A DNA stretch of 64,000 nucleotides, from the NCBI GenBank assembly GCA_030390025.1, contig CM059433.1:18106001-18170000 (forward strand), written 5' to 3'. The position numbers were made by a program, and so were the translations under genes. This document shows positions 35,494 through 48,827 of this stretch, piece by piece. This DNA comes from Squalus acanthias (taxonomy: Eukaryota). Under the pieces are notes generated by a model. The model searched no databases. It saw nothing but the letters and a program-made list of their open reading frames with translations, and was not told the origin of the DNA. Position 1 is the stretch's first letter. Each line of letters starts with the position of its first letter.

Positions 35494-36836
35494 CATATTA
35501 TGAAAAGCTTTGCATCTGTATGAATGTAATATTGTAGAGTCACGTTCACAAATCAGATCACAGGAAAGGAGAAAGTTCAAGACATACAAAGAAAAAGTGC
35601 AACATGTAGAAAGACAGAATGAGAGGCACGCAGCAAGAGGCAGAGAGAAGAAACAGGGATAGACACAGAAAGGGAGAAAATGGATGCAGATGCAAAGACA
35701 AGCGAAAGTATGAGGGGCATATGGAGAGGGAAAAAGTGGGAGATAGAAGAAGTGGAAAACAAGTGCAGCAAGGGTGAGACAATGCATTCGGGATTGGGGG
35801 GATAAATTTGTTTGGTTAGCGCCTCCCGTTAGCACCTGGTGGGGCGCTAACAGGGCGCTAATGAAGTAGCGCTGGGGCAAGGCGAATCCAGCGCCGCACG
35901 CCAAATCCAGTCGCCCGTTAGCGTCGCCACTAATAGTTAGCACCTGGGGCTTTAGCGTCAGGCAGATCGTGATGTCAGTGAGCGTTAGCGCCCGATCTGC
36001 CAAATTGATTATTGTCCCCTGCCTTAGCACCTCACCCCGACAATGACAGGAAGAGGAGGCGTGAAGCAGGCGGTTGGCGGCTCCAGGGCAGCTGTCAGGT
36101 TAGTGCTGTTTCACTACTTCCTTGTCAGTTTGCGATTGTGCAAGAGTTTAATTCAGTCATTTAAAGGTTCTTTAGTATCAGGAGTGTTGTGGCTACTAAA
36201 AATTTGTTACATTTATTTTGACAAAATTTCAAAGTGCTACACAACGTTACATTAATGGGGGCTGTACTGGCAGTCGACCTTGCCTTCTAGGATCTACTGA
36301 GGCGGGAGCGGAGGCAGTGAGAAAGATTGTAAGATGTGGCCAGAGGGAGGAGGAGGGCCATCAGGGCTCTCAACAGGAGGCCTTACCCTCCGAGGGTATT
36401 CCGAGAGCACTTCTCCTGCCTCCAGTTAAGCGAGGAGCAGTGCATTAGAAGGCTCCGCTTCAGCAAGGATGTGGTCACCGAACTCTGCCAACTCCTACAA
36501 CCAGACCTCGAGCCTCAGATCAGGTCGACCACGGCTCTCTCAGTGGTAGTCAAGGTCACCCTCTCCCTCAATTTCTTCGCCAGCGGTTCTTTCCAGTCTG
36601 CAACAGGAGATATAGCGAACATCTTGCAGTTCGCTGTCCATCGTTGCATCCGGGAGGTCACAGAGGCTCTCTACAGTAGGAGAAGGGACTACATTTCCTT
36701 CCCCATCACCAGAGAGAAGCAGGACGAATGTGCATGTGGCTTTGCCAGGATAGCGGTCTTCCCCATGGTGCAGGGCGCCATTGACTGCACCCACGTGGCT
36801 TTGCGGGCACCACATAACAATCCTGAGGTCTTCTGT

Positions 36837-38404
36837 TGAAGGGATAATTACCAGTCCTAGCCCCTTTAGGGCTACCCTGGATCAGGCGTATTCCCCAGAT
36901 GTTCACTTTCAACTAAAGTTTGAGGTAGCCGAATCCTAAAGACGCTTAATTGGGTCTAAAAGTCCAGACTATCTCCCCCTAAAGGAAAGGAACAACCAGA
37001 AGATGTTACCGTCCTCCAGATAGCACTTTTAATAAGTTTAGCTAGACTGTAACCTTCCGGATATTATGAGGGTCCAGAAAACTCCCCCAGAATTCTGCAA
37101 CTCCTCATCAAAGAGCGTACAGAGATTGAGTTTGCGAGTTTGAGACAATTCTAAAAATATATAGATTTATTAAAGAACCGACATGTAATTTACAGTTGGT
37201 GATTCAATCGCAACATTAACAGTTCCAAAAACAGAAATCTTACAATTCTATTATCAGAGATCCTTATTCTCAAATCATAACTTTGCTAGTTTTACAGTTC
37301 TTAGTTTATTGCAGGATATGCACCAAAATCAAATACAATACCTTGATCCCCGAGATACAAAGAGTTGAAGACTTACAGAGCTTGCCTCTGAAGCCTGAGA
37401 ATCGCTTTGCCCCTTTACAGCGAATCTATCTTCCCATTTGAAAGTTCAATTTTTATACCCTTTCTCAGTGGTATATCCTTTGAAGTTTTCTGCTGATGTA
37501 AACTAATTATCTCTAGTCATTTTTCTGCTGACTTCTGCTATTCTTACAGTCAGTTCAGCTGGTAGCATTAAGAATCATGTCTCTACCTTTAGGTGTTCAA
37601 AGCTTAACACAAAAACAATGTGATGGCTGGTGCATCTATTTGATGTCATTCTTCACAGAAGAATCACAGAATCCCCACAGTGAAGATAGAGGCCATTTCG
37701 GCCCATCGAGCCTGCACCGACACATATCCCACCCTATCCCCGTAACCCCATGTATTTAATCCCCCCTAACACTAAGGGTCAATTTATCATAGCCAAATCA
37801 ACCTAACCCACACATCTTTGGACTGTGGGAGGAAACCGGAGCACCCGGAGGAAACCCATGCAGACACGGGGAGAATGTGCAAACTCCACACAGATAGTCA
37901 CCCGAGGCCGGATTTGAACCCAGGTCCCTGGCGCTGTGAGGCAACAGCGCTAACCACTATGCCACCGTGTTGCCCTCATTCTTACCAAGGTCTTCTGTTT
38001 GTATCTCAACCGGGTGCACCATTGTCTTCTTAGTTACCTCAGCTGGTTGCAACACAGACTCGTGTCTCCTGTCTTTCATTTGATGTCATGTTTACAAAGG
38101 CATATGTTTCTTTAATTTTCTGTGTTTCATTTGAAAGTGTTGGTTTAAGACACCTTAACAGGGTGCACCATTGTGTTCTTTCCAAAGCTTCAGACTTTCA
38201 GGAACCTCCAACCTCCTGTTTCAATAAGGTTATTGATTCAGTGTCAACAACTTATCTTATCTCAATTGCCTGTATGCTGTTTACAGCTTTTCCATTGTTG
38301 AGGCTTCTAGATTTTCAACCTAGTTTGTCATGTTTTAATAAAGTCAGAAATCTTTTATAGAATGGTGTATTTTTCTGAATAGGTATATTGCTTATTCCTT
38401 CACA
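36837..38404 (-). mobile_element. Long solo LTR, copy 2 (same family as 11233-12716)
   Basis: Termini TGAAGG...CCTTCACA. 4-bp TSD ctgt at 36833-36836 and 38405-38408. Confidence 0.88.
37654..37975 (-). mobile_element. HE1-type V-SINE inserted in the LTR
   Basis: tRNA-like head (gtggcatagtggttagc ... ggttcaaatcc), V-domain (gggtttcctccgggtgctccggtttcctccc), CR1-like tail, TSD tcattctt. Confidence 0.8.
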
Positions 38405-39223
38405 CTGTAACCACAAAGGCTACCATTCACTTAATGTGCAGTTGGTGTGCGGCCACAGACAGCGAATCCTCACCGTCAATGCCCGCTATCCTGGCAGCAG
38501 CCATGATGTCTTCATCCTGCGCCAGCACTCTTCCAGCCGCCACGTCAAGCTCGTGGCTGGCTGGTCGGAGACAAGGGCTATCCACTCTCCACCTGGCTCA
38601 TGATTCCCCTCCACAACCCCAGCACTCCTGCTCAGCACTCATATAATGAGAGCCATGCTGCCACCAGGAACATCATCGAGCAGACCATCAGTGTGCTCAA
38701 GCAACAGTTCCGCTGCCTTGACCACTCGGGAGGAGCCCTCCAGTACTCCTGTACGTGGGTGTCCCATTTCGTCGTGGTGTGCTGCATGCTCCACAACTTG
38801 GCCATCATGAGGGCCCAGCCCTTGCCACCAGGGATTGTGGGACCACCTCAGGAGGAGGAAGAGGGGGAGGAGGAGGAGGATGAGGAGGAAGAGGAAGACG
38901 AGGAGGGGGGGAGAGGAGAAGGAACAGGAGCAAGGGAGGAGGCACCCACTCAATCGGCCTTCTGGAAGGGCGATCGATTAGTGCCTCATCAGACTGCGGT
39001 TCCAATAAATTAAACCCCAGATCCCCGTTGCTCACTACATCTCCATCATTCCATCCCTGTCGCAGGCCATATCACTGCGCAAAGCTGAAATGAGAGACAC
39101 CACAAAATCATCCAAAGCCAATTAATAAATTTATCAATAATCAGTGAACACATATTTACAACAACAATATTAGCTATTCACCCTTGTGCAATCCCTTAGT
39201 GCCCCTTGTTACAGTGCCTTTGC

Positions 39224-40906
39224 CTACTCTAGTGCTCTTACGAAGTGTTGGCCCAGTGGCTGCAGCACGGCTGGTGGAAGGCTGTGAGTGTCCATGCAGG
39301 AGACTTCGGATGACCTTGCAGGATGCCCTCGACCAGCTCTGGGCCTGGACGGCCTGGCTGTAGACTGCAGCACCTCAGCATGGGCGGCAGCAGTCTGGGC
39401 TTGCTGGATGACAGGCAGCGACAAGGGCAATGGCAGAGTGGCAGTGGTGGCAGCAGTCAGAGCTTTCGTGGCATCAAGCTGAGACTGCATGAGAGCAGTC
39501 TGAGATTCGATGCCATCAAGCATAAACTGCATTACAGCACTAAGACGTTGCGTGGCTTCCGCCTGTGCTGCAATGGAAGCTGCGACATCGCCCATCACAC
39601 GCGGCATCAGGTCTGGGTCGCCATTGTCTCTCTGGGAGTCCACCATCCTTTGCAGACTGCAAATGATGGGCTCCATGGTGTGCGCAGAGCTCTGTGCAAT
39701 GTTGGAGGCGGACTCCTCCACGCTCCTCACCATTGCCGAGAGGCTCTCAGGCACCCTTGCCATTGCACCTATCATCTCCGTGTGCATGCCCATCACCCTT
39801 GTTCTAAAGGCCTCCCCATCGAGGTCCTCATCTGAGTCCTGCGCAGCAGAATTCGCGTGCGAACTCGCCCTCCGGGGAGCTGACTCCCGAGCTACCCTTT
39901 CCCCCTGGCCTTGCTGCAGCCCACTCGTCCCCAGTGCATCACCCTGTGCAGATCCCGTTACTATACTAGCCTCTAAAGAATGCGTAGTGCCAGTATGTGA
40001 GCTGGTGCCTGCGGGTGAGACATGCAGTGACGCGGTGTGTTCTTCCTCCTCCTCTTCTCCCGCCTCGCTCACTATGGTGCTCTCAGGGACAGGCTGCTCA
40101 GGTGCTTGTTCATTATTTGAAAGCATAAAGGCACAAGAGTCGGGTTAAGGTGAGGGGAGGGGGGCAGGAAGGGAGAAAGGCATGCATACAGCATGATTAG
40201 CTGGAAAGTGGGAAAGGCTTGTGGGGTGAGGGGGAAGTGGGATGTGAGAAGGAGTAGGAATGAACATACTGTTGTTGTCCCCAAGGGGGTCAACGTCGCC
40301 AGTGGCCACGGCGCCCACCACCTGGCGCCCAATGATCTCCAGCACTCTATACTCCAGCTCAGAAAGTGGTTGGGTGTCAGCTTGTCGCCCGCCTGTGCAT
40401 TCCTGCTCCTTCCTGTTGTGAGCGACCTTGGCCTGCAAGAGAAAGGAAAGTGTGTGAGTGAGTGTGGAGCAATGTGTTTGGGAGATGTGCCTGCCATAGT
40501 TGAATAGCTGTCATTGTGTGCAAGGTGTGAGATGTGGGTGTGAGTGTTGATAGGTAGAGATTGTTGGTGGGTGAGTGCTGGGGGTGTGGTGCTTTGGGCA
40601 GTGTGTGCAGACTGTGGTTCAGATGGTGGTATGTAGCGCTTGTTGAAGCATTGTCTCACCCTGACCACCCGAGTGAGGTTGTTAAATTCTTCCTGCACTG
40701 TGTGTGTGGGTCCTGGGGACCACAGTGCTGCCCCAGACCTGCTGGGCTACTTCCCTCCACATGGCGCGGAAGACTTTTGGCGAGGGCCTCCTGCCACTTG
40801 CCGGGTACAGCACCACTCTCAGTCTCTCCACAGCGAAAACCAACGCCTCCAATGCTTGGTGGCAGAATCTGCGAGCTCTCTCACTGGGCCGTTGATCTGC
40901 CATAAT
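39224..40906 (-). pseudogene. Harbinger partner Myb/SANT-like gene, 3 exons, decayed
   Basis: RARRFCHQALEALV...VLYP...AMWREVAQQV...FNNLTRVVR|gtgag, then AKVAHNRKEQECTGG, then a long last exon (ORF 39224-40126). Confidence 0.8.
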
Positions 40907-41291
40907 GACACCTCCTTCAGTGGTCTGGTTCCTTCTCCTTGGCCCTTCTGCTGCTTGCTGAGACAGCTGCAGCACCAGCAATGCTGAGAATGAGGTTCTG
41001 CAGCATGATTGAATCTCCCCTTTAAGAACTGGAAGGAACCTGTGTCAATGATGGCTAGCGATTAGACTGCAGCTGAAATTGCTTAGCGCTTTGAGTCAAA
41101 CGCCACTGAGCTAGGCCGTTAGCGCTTGATTTAGCGCTCCCATCCTTTCTTTGAGCGATGACACAGAATTTTGCGTGCAGCGAGATTCATTAGCGCCTGG
41201 CGCTAAATCTCAAACTTTTCCGAAGTTAGTGCCCATTCCTGGGCGATAATGAATTTCGCTCCCTAGGAGACAAGCAGAGAAACAATAAAAA

Positions 41292-44290
41292 TTGCCGGAA
41301 CTTTCCCGTTGCCGAGCGTGCGGGTTTGGGGGCAGGTTGGCAGTTAAAGTCCTGGAAATTACAAGCGCATCGGGAACCCGTGCATTTAACTCGGGCGCCT
41401 TTGAAGGCGCGACACGGACCCGATCAGCAGAGGCGAGCGACCTCATTTAAGTCATTAACTGCTTGTTGAGAGACCCTAAAGAGGGTTTTTAACTCCAACT
41501 TTTGACTTTTACTGCAGGAGCACAGGATTCACGGAGCTCGGGTACCTCGCCTGTGAAGGGGAGACGGAAGCTCAGTGGCCATTGGCGAGTCCGTTCGTTG
41601 AGAGCTGGGAAAAGCCCATAAATACTCCAACATTACACCTCATTACTTGCCTCATGGAAAGTCTCTTGCTCACTCCATTTTGTCCACAGATTTAGCTGTC
41701 AGCAGTTTGCAGGTCATTTCTGAAACCTCGGAAGCCACTCTCACCACATTGCTACTCAGCATCACAACATTGAGGGATTGGCCCTCTGATCTCCACTTCA
41801 CCTGCCATCTACTACATCAGCATAGGGGCCGCTTATACTGTCTCACCTTGGTCCTCAGAATCGGACCAAGATGAACCCCACCATCAACAACAGCAGCCAC
41901 ACCAGCAGCAGCAGCCTTCTCCTCAATGACCTGACGCTCCACAGGAGAGAGGGGGGCACCACAGGGCTGCAGCGCGCCGGAGACGATCCCCCCAACACAG
42001 GGTATACAGGCAGAGGATGAGCTTCCTCAACATGACTGAGCAGCAGTGCTTCAGAAGGCTCAGGTTATCATGCCAGGTCGTCGCAGACATTTGTAGCTTG
42101 CTGGAACAAAACCTGCTGCCCAGAGGACCTGGTGAACACGCCTTACCAGTGGCTGTCAAAGTCACCACCGCCCTCAACATCTTCACCTCAGGCTCTTTCC
42201 AGGGATCTGCAGCAGACATTTGCGGGATCTCACAGTCAGCCATCCACAGATGCATCACCCATGTTTCACAAGTCAGCCAATTATATCAACTTTGCCACTG
42301 ATGAGGCCAGTGTTACTGAGCGGGCGCTTGGCTTTGTGGCTCTGACTTCCCACAGGTGTAGGGCATCATTGACTGGACACATGTGGCCATGAAGGCACCC
42401 CATCGTCACCCAGGAGTGTTTGTGAACCGCAAGGGCTTCCACTCCCCCAATGTCTGCAACCATAAAAAGATGATCATGCATGTGTGCGTCAGATTCCCTG
42501 ACAGCTGTCATTTCTCTTTCGTGCTGCGCTGGTCCACCCTCCTTCAGCTCTTCGCACCTCCAAACAGACTTACCGGCTGGCTGCTGGGAGACAAGGGCTA
42601 TCCACTGAAGACGTGGCTCATGACACCCTTGAGGACGGCAAGTACTGAGGCCGAGGAGCGCTATAATGACAGCCACATGTCTACCAGATGTGTCATAGAG
42701 TAAGCAATAGGCATGCTGATGATGTGCTTCAGATGCCTTGAGAGATCTGGAGGAGCCCGTCAGTACACACCAGCCAGTGTTTCCAGAATCATTGTCGTTT
42801 GCTGCACGCTGCACAACATAGTGCAGCAGCGAGGATTGGAGCTGCAGGAGGAGCAAGGCATAGAACGCACTGCCTCTTCAGAGGAGGAGGAGTAGGTGGA
42901 AGACAAGGAGGAGCAGGAGGAGGAACTGGAGGTGGAGATGGCACCAACAGCGGCGCACATTGCTGCCCGGGAGGCCTGGGATGGCCTCATCATGGCCAGA
43001 TTTACTTAACTTGCTCCAATGCAGCCACATGGCTGCCACATGCTGTACTAAGTACCCCTCCCAACAACACCATAAAGCATCCTTACAATGACCAAGCCAT
43101 TCCTCTCACCCAAACCCCTAGTGCTTGAGGTTAAGTAATGTCTCACCATTCACTCCAAGTTACAAAGCCACTTCTAAGGTAGCAGGCAAAAATGAACACG
43201 ACCGGAAAGTGGTGCAACGAAATACATTTATGTGTGTCATTAAAATAACTGAAACTGTACATTGACATTTTTTCATACACCCACGTGCATACCTGTGCGC
43301 ATCTACTTTTGTGTCTTTTTTCTTTTCCGAGTGCTTCTACGAAGTGCAACCCCTGTGGTTTCAGCAGAGGTAAAGGCAGGCTGCTCACTTCCCTGCTGCA
43401 ACTCGTTAGACACTTTTGGCGATGTCCTCTGGGTTTTGGAGCCTGTGATGGCCCGGCCAAACTCTGCTCCTCTTGCAACTGTGCAAGGGCAGAATCGGCC
43501 ATCGGGATCTGAGGAAGCATGTAGGGATCTGACTGAGGGGGAGGCAACGAGGAAGAAATGGGAGCGCTTTGAGAAGAGCCCCCACTTCCATATCCCCTCA
43601 ACATCATGGGCCACCCGCACTTCCCTGCTAGCAAGGAGCTGGAGAGCACCTTGCTGCACAGCAGTGGGGCGATGAACGCCCAAGTCTATGTTTATATCCC
43701 TCCTAGAGAGGAGGTCTATGAGCGTCTGCCATCTGTTGTCCACAGCTAGCATGTGCTCATTTTACTGCCGCATTTGCTGCTCCATGCAGGTGGCCATCTT
43801 TTCCATGGAACAGGACATTGTCGCCATCGCCTGCGACATGGTGCTGCTCACGTTGGAGATGGACTCCTCCATTCTCTGCACATTTGCAGACATCACAGCT
43901 GCAAAAGATGCCAGAGCCTCATGCAATTGTTGCTGCCCATCCAAGATCACCTTCTTTCTCGATGGCCCCCGAGGCTCAGCGTCTGCATGCAGCTCAGCAG
44001 AGCTTGGAGTGTCCTGTGCCCTCCGGCGAGGAGTCTCCACTGCTGTCCCTGTCAACACCATCTGCTCTTGCTCATTTGTGAATTGTGAGACACCAGGTGA
44101 CAACTCTACTCTATGGCGCAAAGGACCCACCGAGGTATGTGTATCTGCACTAGTGCTGGGTGCGCTTGGGTCTAATGACTGTGCACCCTCAGAGGCTGGA
44201 GGCTCCTCTGAGGAGTCGTCTTCCTCCTCTGGCTGGACAGTGGGAAGGCAGTTGATGGACCTGTGGGGGAGTAAAGAGATGAATTAGAAG
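41292..44290 (+). mobile_element. PIF/Harbinger transposon 3 (right end truncated), relative of element 1
   Basis: Starts just after the right TIR of element 2, with gcgggtttg subterminal motif. Partner last exon at about 43300-44260(-) is similar to 7700-8675. Confidence 0.8.
41822..43009 (+). pseudogene. HARBI1-like transposase, frameshifted, with stop codons
   Basis: [70 protein letters not shown]. Confidence 0.9.
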
Positions 44291-44309
44291 TGTTATAATA
44301 AGAATGGGA

Positions 44310-44840
44310 AAGACCTGGGTTGTCAAATGGAAAGGAGGCATCTGAGAGGTGATCTTATTGAGGTAGTTAAAGGAATGGAAAAGATTTATCTGGAATATTA
44401 CTCTAAATTAAATTGCGAGAGTAGAACAGAGGATACAGGTTCAAATTAGTAGAAGGTAATTTTAGGATTGATATCAGGAAATTCTTCTTCACACAAAGAG
44501 TGACCAACACTGGAATGGAATGGCGGGAATGGTGCCTTGGGTGTTTGCTTTGTCAATACAGACACTGACATGAATCTTGTCATTCATGTGGAAATGACTT
44601 ATGAAATAATACTGGGCGGCCTGCTGGTGGCGCTGTCCAGGGAGAGTATAAATACTCGGGCATGGTCCCAGCTTGCTCAGGACATTCTTTAACAGGAACT
44701 AGTGAAGGCCACAACTAGATCTCCATGTTGAAAAACAGTTGATTAAAGCTTTGCTTAACGCTTAGACCAAGTGCCTAGTAGTTTTCTTACGTCAGACACT
44801 ACAGTTGAAAATCCTGGAATTATTTAAGAATCAGCTAGTT
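44310..44840 (+). mobile_element. Decayed CR1 3' fragment interrupted by a short LTR-like insert
   Basis: ctgagaggtgatcttattgagg (LRGDLIE) and ttcttcacacaaagagtg (FFTQRV). CR1-like sequence resumes after 44803. Confidence 0.65.
44520..44803 (+). mobile_element. Probable short solo-LTR fragment
   Basis: TATAAATA at 44647, ATTAAA at 44742, 3' end ...ACTACA. 5' end and TSD not resolved. Confidence 0.5.
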
Positions 44841-45689
44841 ATGCCGATTCTCAACTCATGGCATATCTCTTCTTCGTCTGAACTCGCTGACCGATTTGTG
44901 CATTAATAATGGTTTGCGTCGTGAACACGCTGTTATTTTTCCAGGAGGATTGGGGCCATTATATTGCAGGCTACATTATAGGACTATATCTGTAAATAAT
45001 CTGGACTACTCTGTTCATAGTGTTGGGGAAAATGACACCATGAAATGAAAAACAGTGAACTGTCAATTTGAAATGCTAGAAGGCAGATATAAACAATCCC
45101 CTCTAGAAATGCAGAGCTCAGTTTGGTGGCCATGGTGACCTGTTAAGCTTAATTTCATCCAAAGCAGAAAGAAAATTTAGGGACACACAAAGGTGACCTC
45201 AGGCCCAGAGTAAATTACTAATGCTTTAACACCGATATATCTTCTGCAGAGAAAGTGACAGACTACCCTGTATCAACTACATTTGTTAATCTCATAGATA
45301 TCCCGGTATCCTGGCCAACATTCCTCCTTTAACTAATACTATTAAAACACAGATTAACTGTCTATTTGTCTCATTGTTTATGGGATGTTTCTTGTGCAGA
45401 ATGGCTGCTGTGTTTCCCTTAACTATAACACTGCACATCAAAAAGTAATTGATTGCAAGAAGTCATGTCACTTAATCACGACTTCCTGATTTTTCTACTC
45501 TTACTCTTCAACCTTGCTAGGTTCCTGTACTATGAACATTGGTTCACTCAAGTTCATGTCCAATGGCTCTTTCCATCCTACCAGAGCGTATTCCTTTTCC
45601 TACCAGTCATTCGCCAGCTCTGAATCCAAGGTGTAATCATGTGTCCCACAAGAAGAGCAATTTTAAGAAAATTGAATTCAACTTGACCC

Positions 45690-46580
45690 GAACTCGGGTA
45701 TAATGGGCTTAATTTCAAAGTTTGCAGATGACACAAAACTTGAAAAATCTGGTAAACAGTGAGTAGCAGACTTCAGGAGGTCATAGACACATGGCAGATG
45801 AAATTTAATGCAGAGAAGTGTGAAGTGATGCATTTTGGAAGGAAGAATGAGGAGAGGCAGTGTAAACTAAATGGTACAATTTTAAAAGGGGTTGCAGGAA
45901 CAGAGAGACCTGGGGGTTCACATGCACAAATCTTTGAAGGTGGCAGGACACGTTGAGAAGGCTGTTAAAAAAAGCATACGGGATCTTGGGCTTTATACAT
46001 AGAGGCACAGAGCACAAAAGCAAGGAGGTTATGCTAAACCATTATAAATCACTGGTTAGGCCTCAGCTGGAGTATTGAGGCCATTCTGGGCACCACATTT
46101 TAGGAAGGATGTCAAGGCCCTGGAGAGGGTTCAGAGAAGATTTACAAGAATGCTACCAGGGATGAAAGACTTCAGTTATGTGGAAAGACAGAGAAGCTGG
46201 GTTTGTTCTCCTTAGAGCAGTGAAGGTTAAGGGGAGATTTAATAGAGGTGTTCAAAATTATGAAGGGTTTTGATAGATTAAATAAGGAGAAGCTGTTTCC
46301 ACTGACAGGAGGGTCGATAACCAGAGGACAGAGGAGGAGAAATTTTTTTACACAGCGAATTGTTGTGACCTGGAATGCACTGCCTGAAAGGGTGGTGGAA
46401 GCAAATTCAATACTATCTTTTAAAAGGAAATTGGATATATACTCAAAAAGGATAAATTTGCAGGGCTCTGGGGGAAGAGCAAGAGAGTGGGACTAATTGG
46501 ATAGCTCTTTGAAAGAGCCGGCACAAGCACGATGGGCCGAATGGCCTCCTTCTGTGCTGTTTGATTCTACGATTCTAACT
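45690..46580 (+). mobile_element. CR1 LINE 3' fragment
   Basis: KFADDTKL, WQMKFNAEKCEVMHFG, FFTQRIVVTWNALP, gattcta tail. Confidence 0.9.
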
Positions 46581-48087
46581 TGATGTAGATTAGGTTCTGT
46601 ATTATGACATGCTCCAAAACCATTTCTCTGTTGTTCTTCCCCAGATGAAGAAACGTTGGAAGATATTTAATTACACTCTATAATAGCAAAAGGATAACAA
46701 AACTCATGCTTCCACTCTTTCCGGGAGTGAATATGGGTGCGAGTACCTCGGCATCAATGTCAGACGTCTTTTGAGGCAACTATTCAAGACTACTACTGGA
46801 TTAAGTGTAACCTTGTCCTACGCTCTCACCTACTTTTGATAAATGGAAAATATTATACAGACCAGAGATTCAACCAGTGTTCAAATATATTCACAAAATT
46901 AAGTATAATTATAACACAGTGGATTAGATTTATGTTAGAGTACCAGACACATGACTTATAATAGCTCAGAATTCTCACTATCCCTTCTTGGTGGATGTAA
47001 ACAGCTCAATCTTCTCATACCTCTTAAGAACAACTTCCTTTTGTGCTCTATCCCTGGTATAGGGAGTTTTAACTGCAGGACATCTGGTAGCTTAGTGCCT
47101 ATAGTACTGAACTAGCAACCAAGTTCAGATCTTACCATAGCATGTTGTGACAGTTGAATCCAATAAACCTGGTCATTTGTGGGTTAGCCCTGATAAAATA
47201 ACCATGACAGCTGCTGGATTGTTGTCAACCCCCAAGTGGTTACTCAGAGAAAAGGCCTGCCACTCCAACTTGGTCTGGCCTATGTGATGCCAGTCTTACA
47301 CTATGTGGCTGGCTCTTAACAGGCAATAAATACTTCCTCGCTAGTGTTGCCCACATCCCAAGAACAAATTAACTAAGCTGAATAGTCTGCAGAAGCATGA
47401 GGATTTTAAAACATATTATTAAACAAAGGACAATAGAACATTTTATACCTTCCAGGCACAGGCGCTTTCACACATCCCAGTTAGCCAATCTGACATTACA
47501 CATTATTAAATTCATAAAACTTCCCAATATCCTGCAAGCCTTTTTTAAGTGAATCATTTGCTTTTAACCCTTGTTTTGGAAGAATACTGTTTTTTTATAT
47601 ATATATATATGCAATAAAATCACTAATTTCACAATTTTTGACATCCAATAATCTTTCACTGGACAACTAAATTTGTTAATAAACCAGTGAAATCCAGAAT
47701 TCAATGTCAGTTGCTTGCTTTAGCTAAACAACAGATTCAGCAGCTCTCAAACTATAAATTAGGTATTGCAGGCAAGCCACACTTGGAGTGATGGAAGAAC
47801 ATAATTGCTGTCAGTGAGGATTTTATTTTTGACATAAATTCCAAATGATGACAAAACTAACTTAAATAAAAACTTAAATGAAAAGAACATCTGCAAAACT
47901 GATTTGCGCAAGACAAGGACTTCAACTAGCTGAACTACATCTGCACGGAATTTCCTCAATGCACTTTCAGATTCAGTCTAAAATTGACACGACACATGGC
48001 CTGATGCCCCATTTGATGAGTCAAAACAAACAGCAGCTCAGTCCCAGTCAGTGAACATTGGTGGGAGTGTCAGCGCATTCCAATGAG

Positions 48088-48565
48088 CGTCAGCTGTGGC
48101 TCAGTTGGTAGCACACTCCCTTCTGAGTCAGAAGGTTGTGGGTTCCAAGTCCCATTCCAAGGACTTGAACACCTAAAAAAGCTAGGCTGACGCTCCAGTG
48201 CAGTGCTGAGGGAGCGCTGCACTGCCGGAGGTGCCATCTTTCGGATGAGACGTTAAACCGAGGCCCCGTCTGCTCTCTCAGGTGGACATAAAAGATCCCA
48301 TGGCACTATTTCGAAGAAGAGCAGGGGAGTTATCCCTGGTGTCCTGGCCAATATTTATCCCTCAATCAACATCACTGAAAACAGATTATCTGGTCATTAT
48401 CACATTGCTGCTTGTGGGAGCTTGCTGTGCGCTAATTGGCTGCCGCGTTTCCCACATTACAACAGTGACTCCACTTCAAAAAGTACTTCATTGGCTGTAT
48501 ATAAAGCGCTTTGAGACGTCCGGTGGTCGTGAAAGGCGCTATATAAATGCAAGTCTTTTTGTCTT
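48088..48565 (+). mobile_element. DeuSINE (SacSINE1-like), full length
   Basis: A and B boxes, Deu-like domain, tail. Confidence 0.85.
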
Positions 48566-48589
48566 CACATCACACAACCCGCCGTCAAG

Positions 48590-48820
48590 ACCCAGACCTC
48601 GCCCCGCCCCGCCCCTCGCCAGCAGCTCTCTGCCTGTTGGCTGAAGCGGCTCGATTGACGTTCTTTACAACCAATGATAACTCGGAAGGCCGTAAATCGC
48701 CACCAATGGGAAAGCGGCTGTGAGTGGAGGGGGCGGGGCCTGCCTGCGCTGGGTGATCGGGTCACGTGGGCTGCGGGAACACGGTTCTGTCAACCGGCGT
48801 CCGGGGAGCGAGCGGTGAGT
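48590..48820 (+). promoter_or_regulatory. CpG-island promoter and probable non-coding first exon of an unidentified host gene
   Basis: GC boxes (48601-48614, 48730-48738), CCAAT at 48671 and 48703, E-box gtcacgtg at 48761, donor GCG|GTGAGT at 48815. CpG-rich and not repeat-like. Confidence 0.7.
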
Positions 48821-48827
48821 GAGGGGA

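Larger units (their letters stand above)
36255..39013 (+). pseudogene. HARBI1-like transposase, split by the solo LTR at 36837-38404
   Basis: LSEEQCIRRLRFSK, LNFFASGSFQ, GAIDCTHVAL, PEVFC|NHKGYHSLNVQ, YPGSSHD, GDKGY, IIEQTISVLKQQFRCLD, CCMLHN. Confidence 0.92.
35797..41263 (+). mobile_element. Autonomous-type PIF/Harbinger transposon 2 (decayed, interrupted by a solo LTR)
   Basis: TIR-like ends gggggataaattt / gaatttcgctccc. Convergent transposase and Myb-like genes. Confidence 0.85.

Noticed and set aside
47759..47959. Coding exon on - upstream of the CpG island
   Set aside because: An acceptor-like site exists, but there is no recognisable protein similarity or donor.
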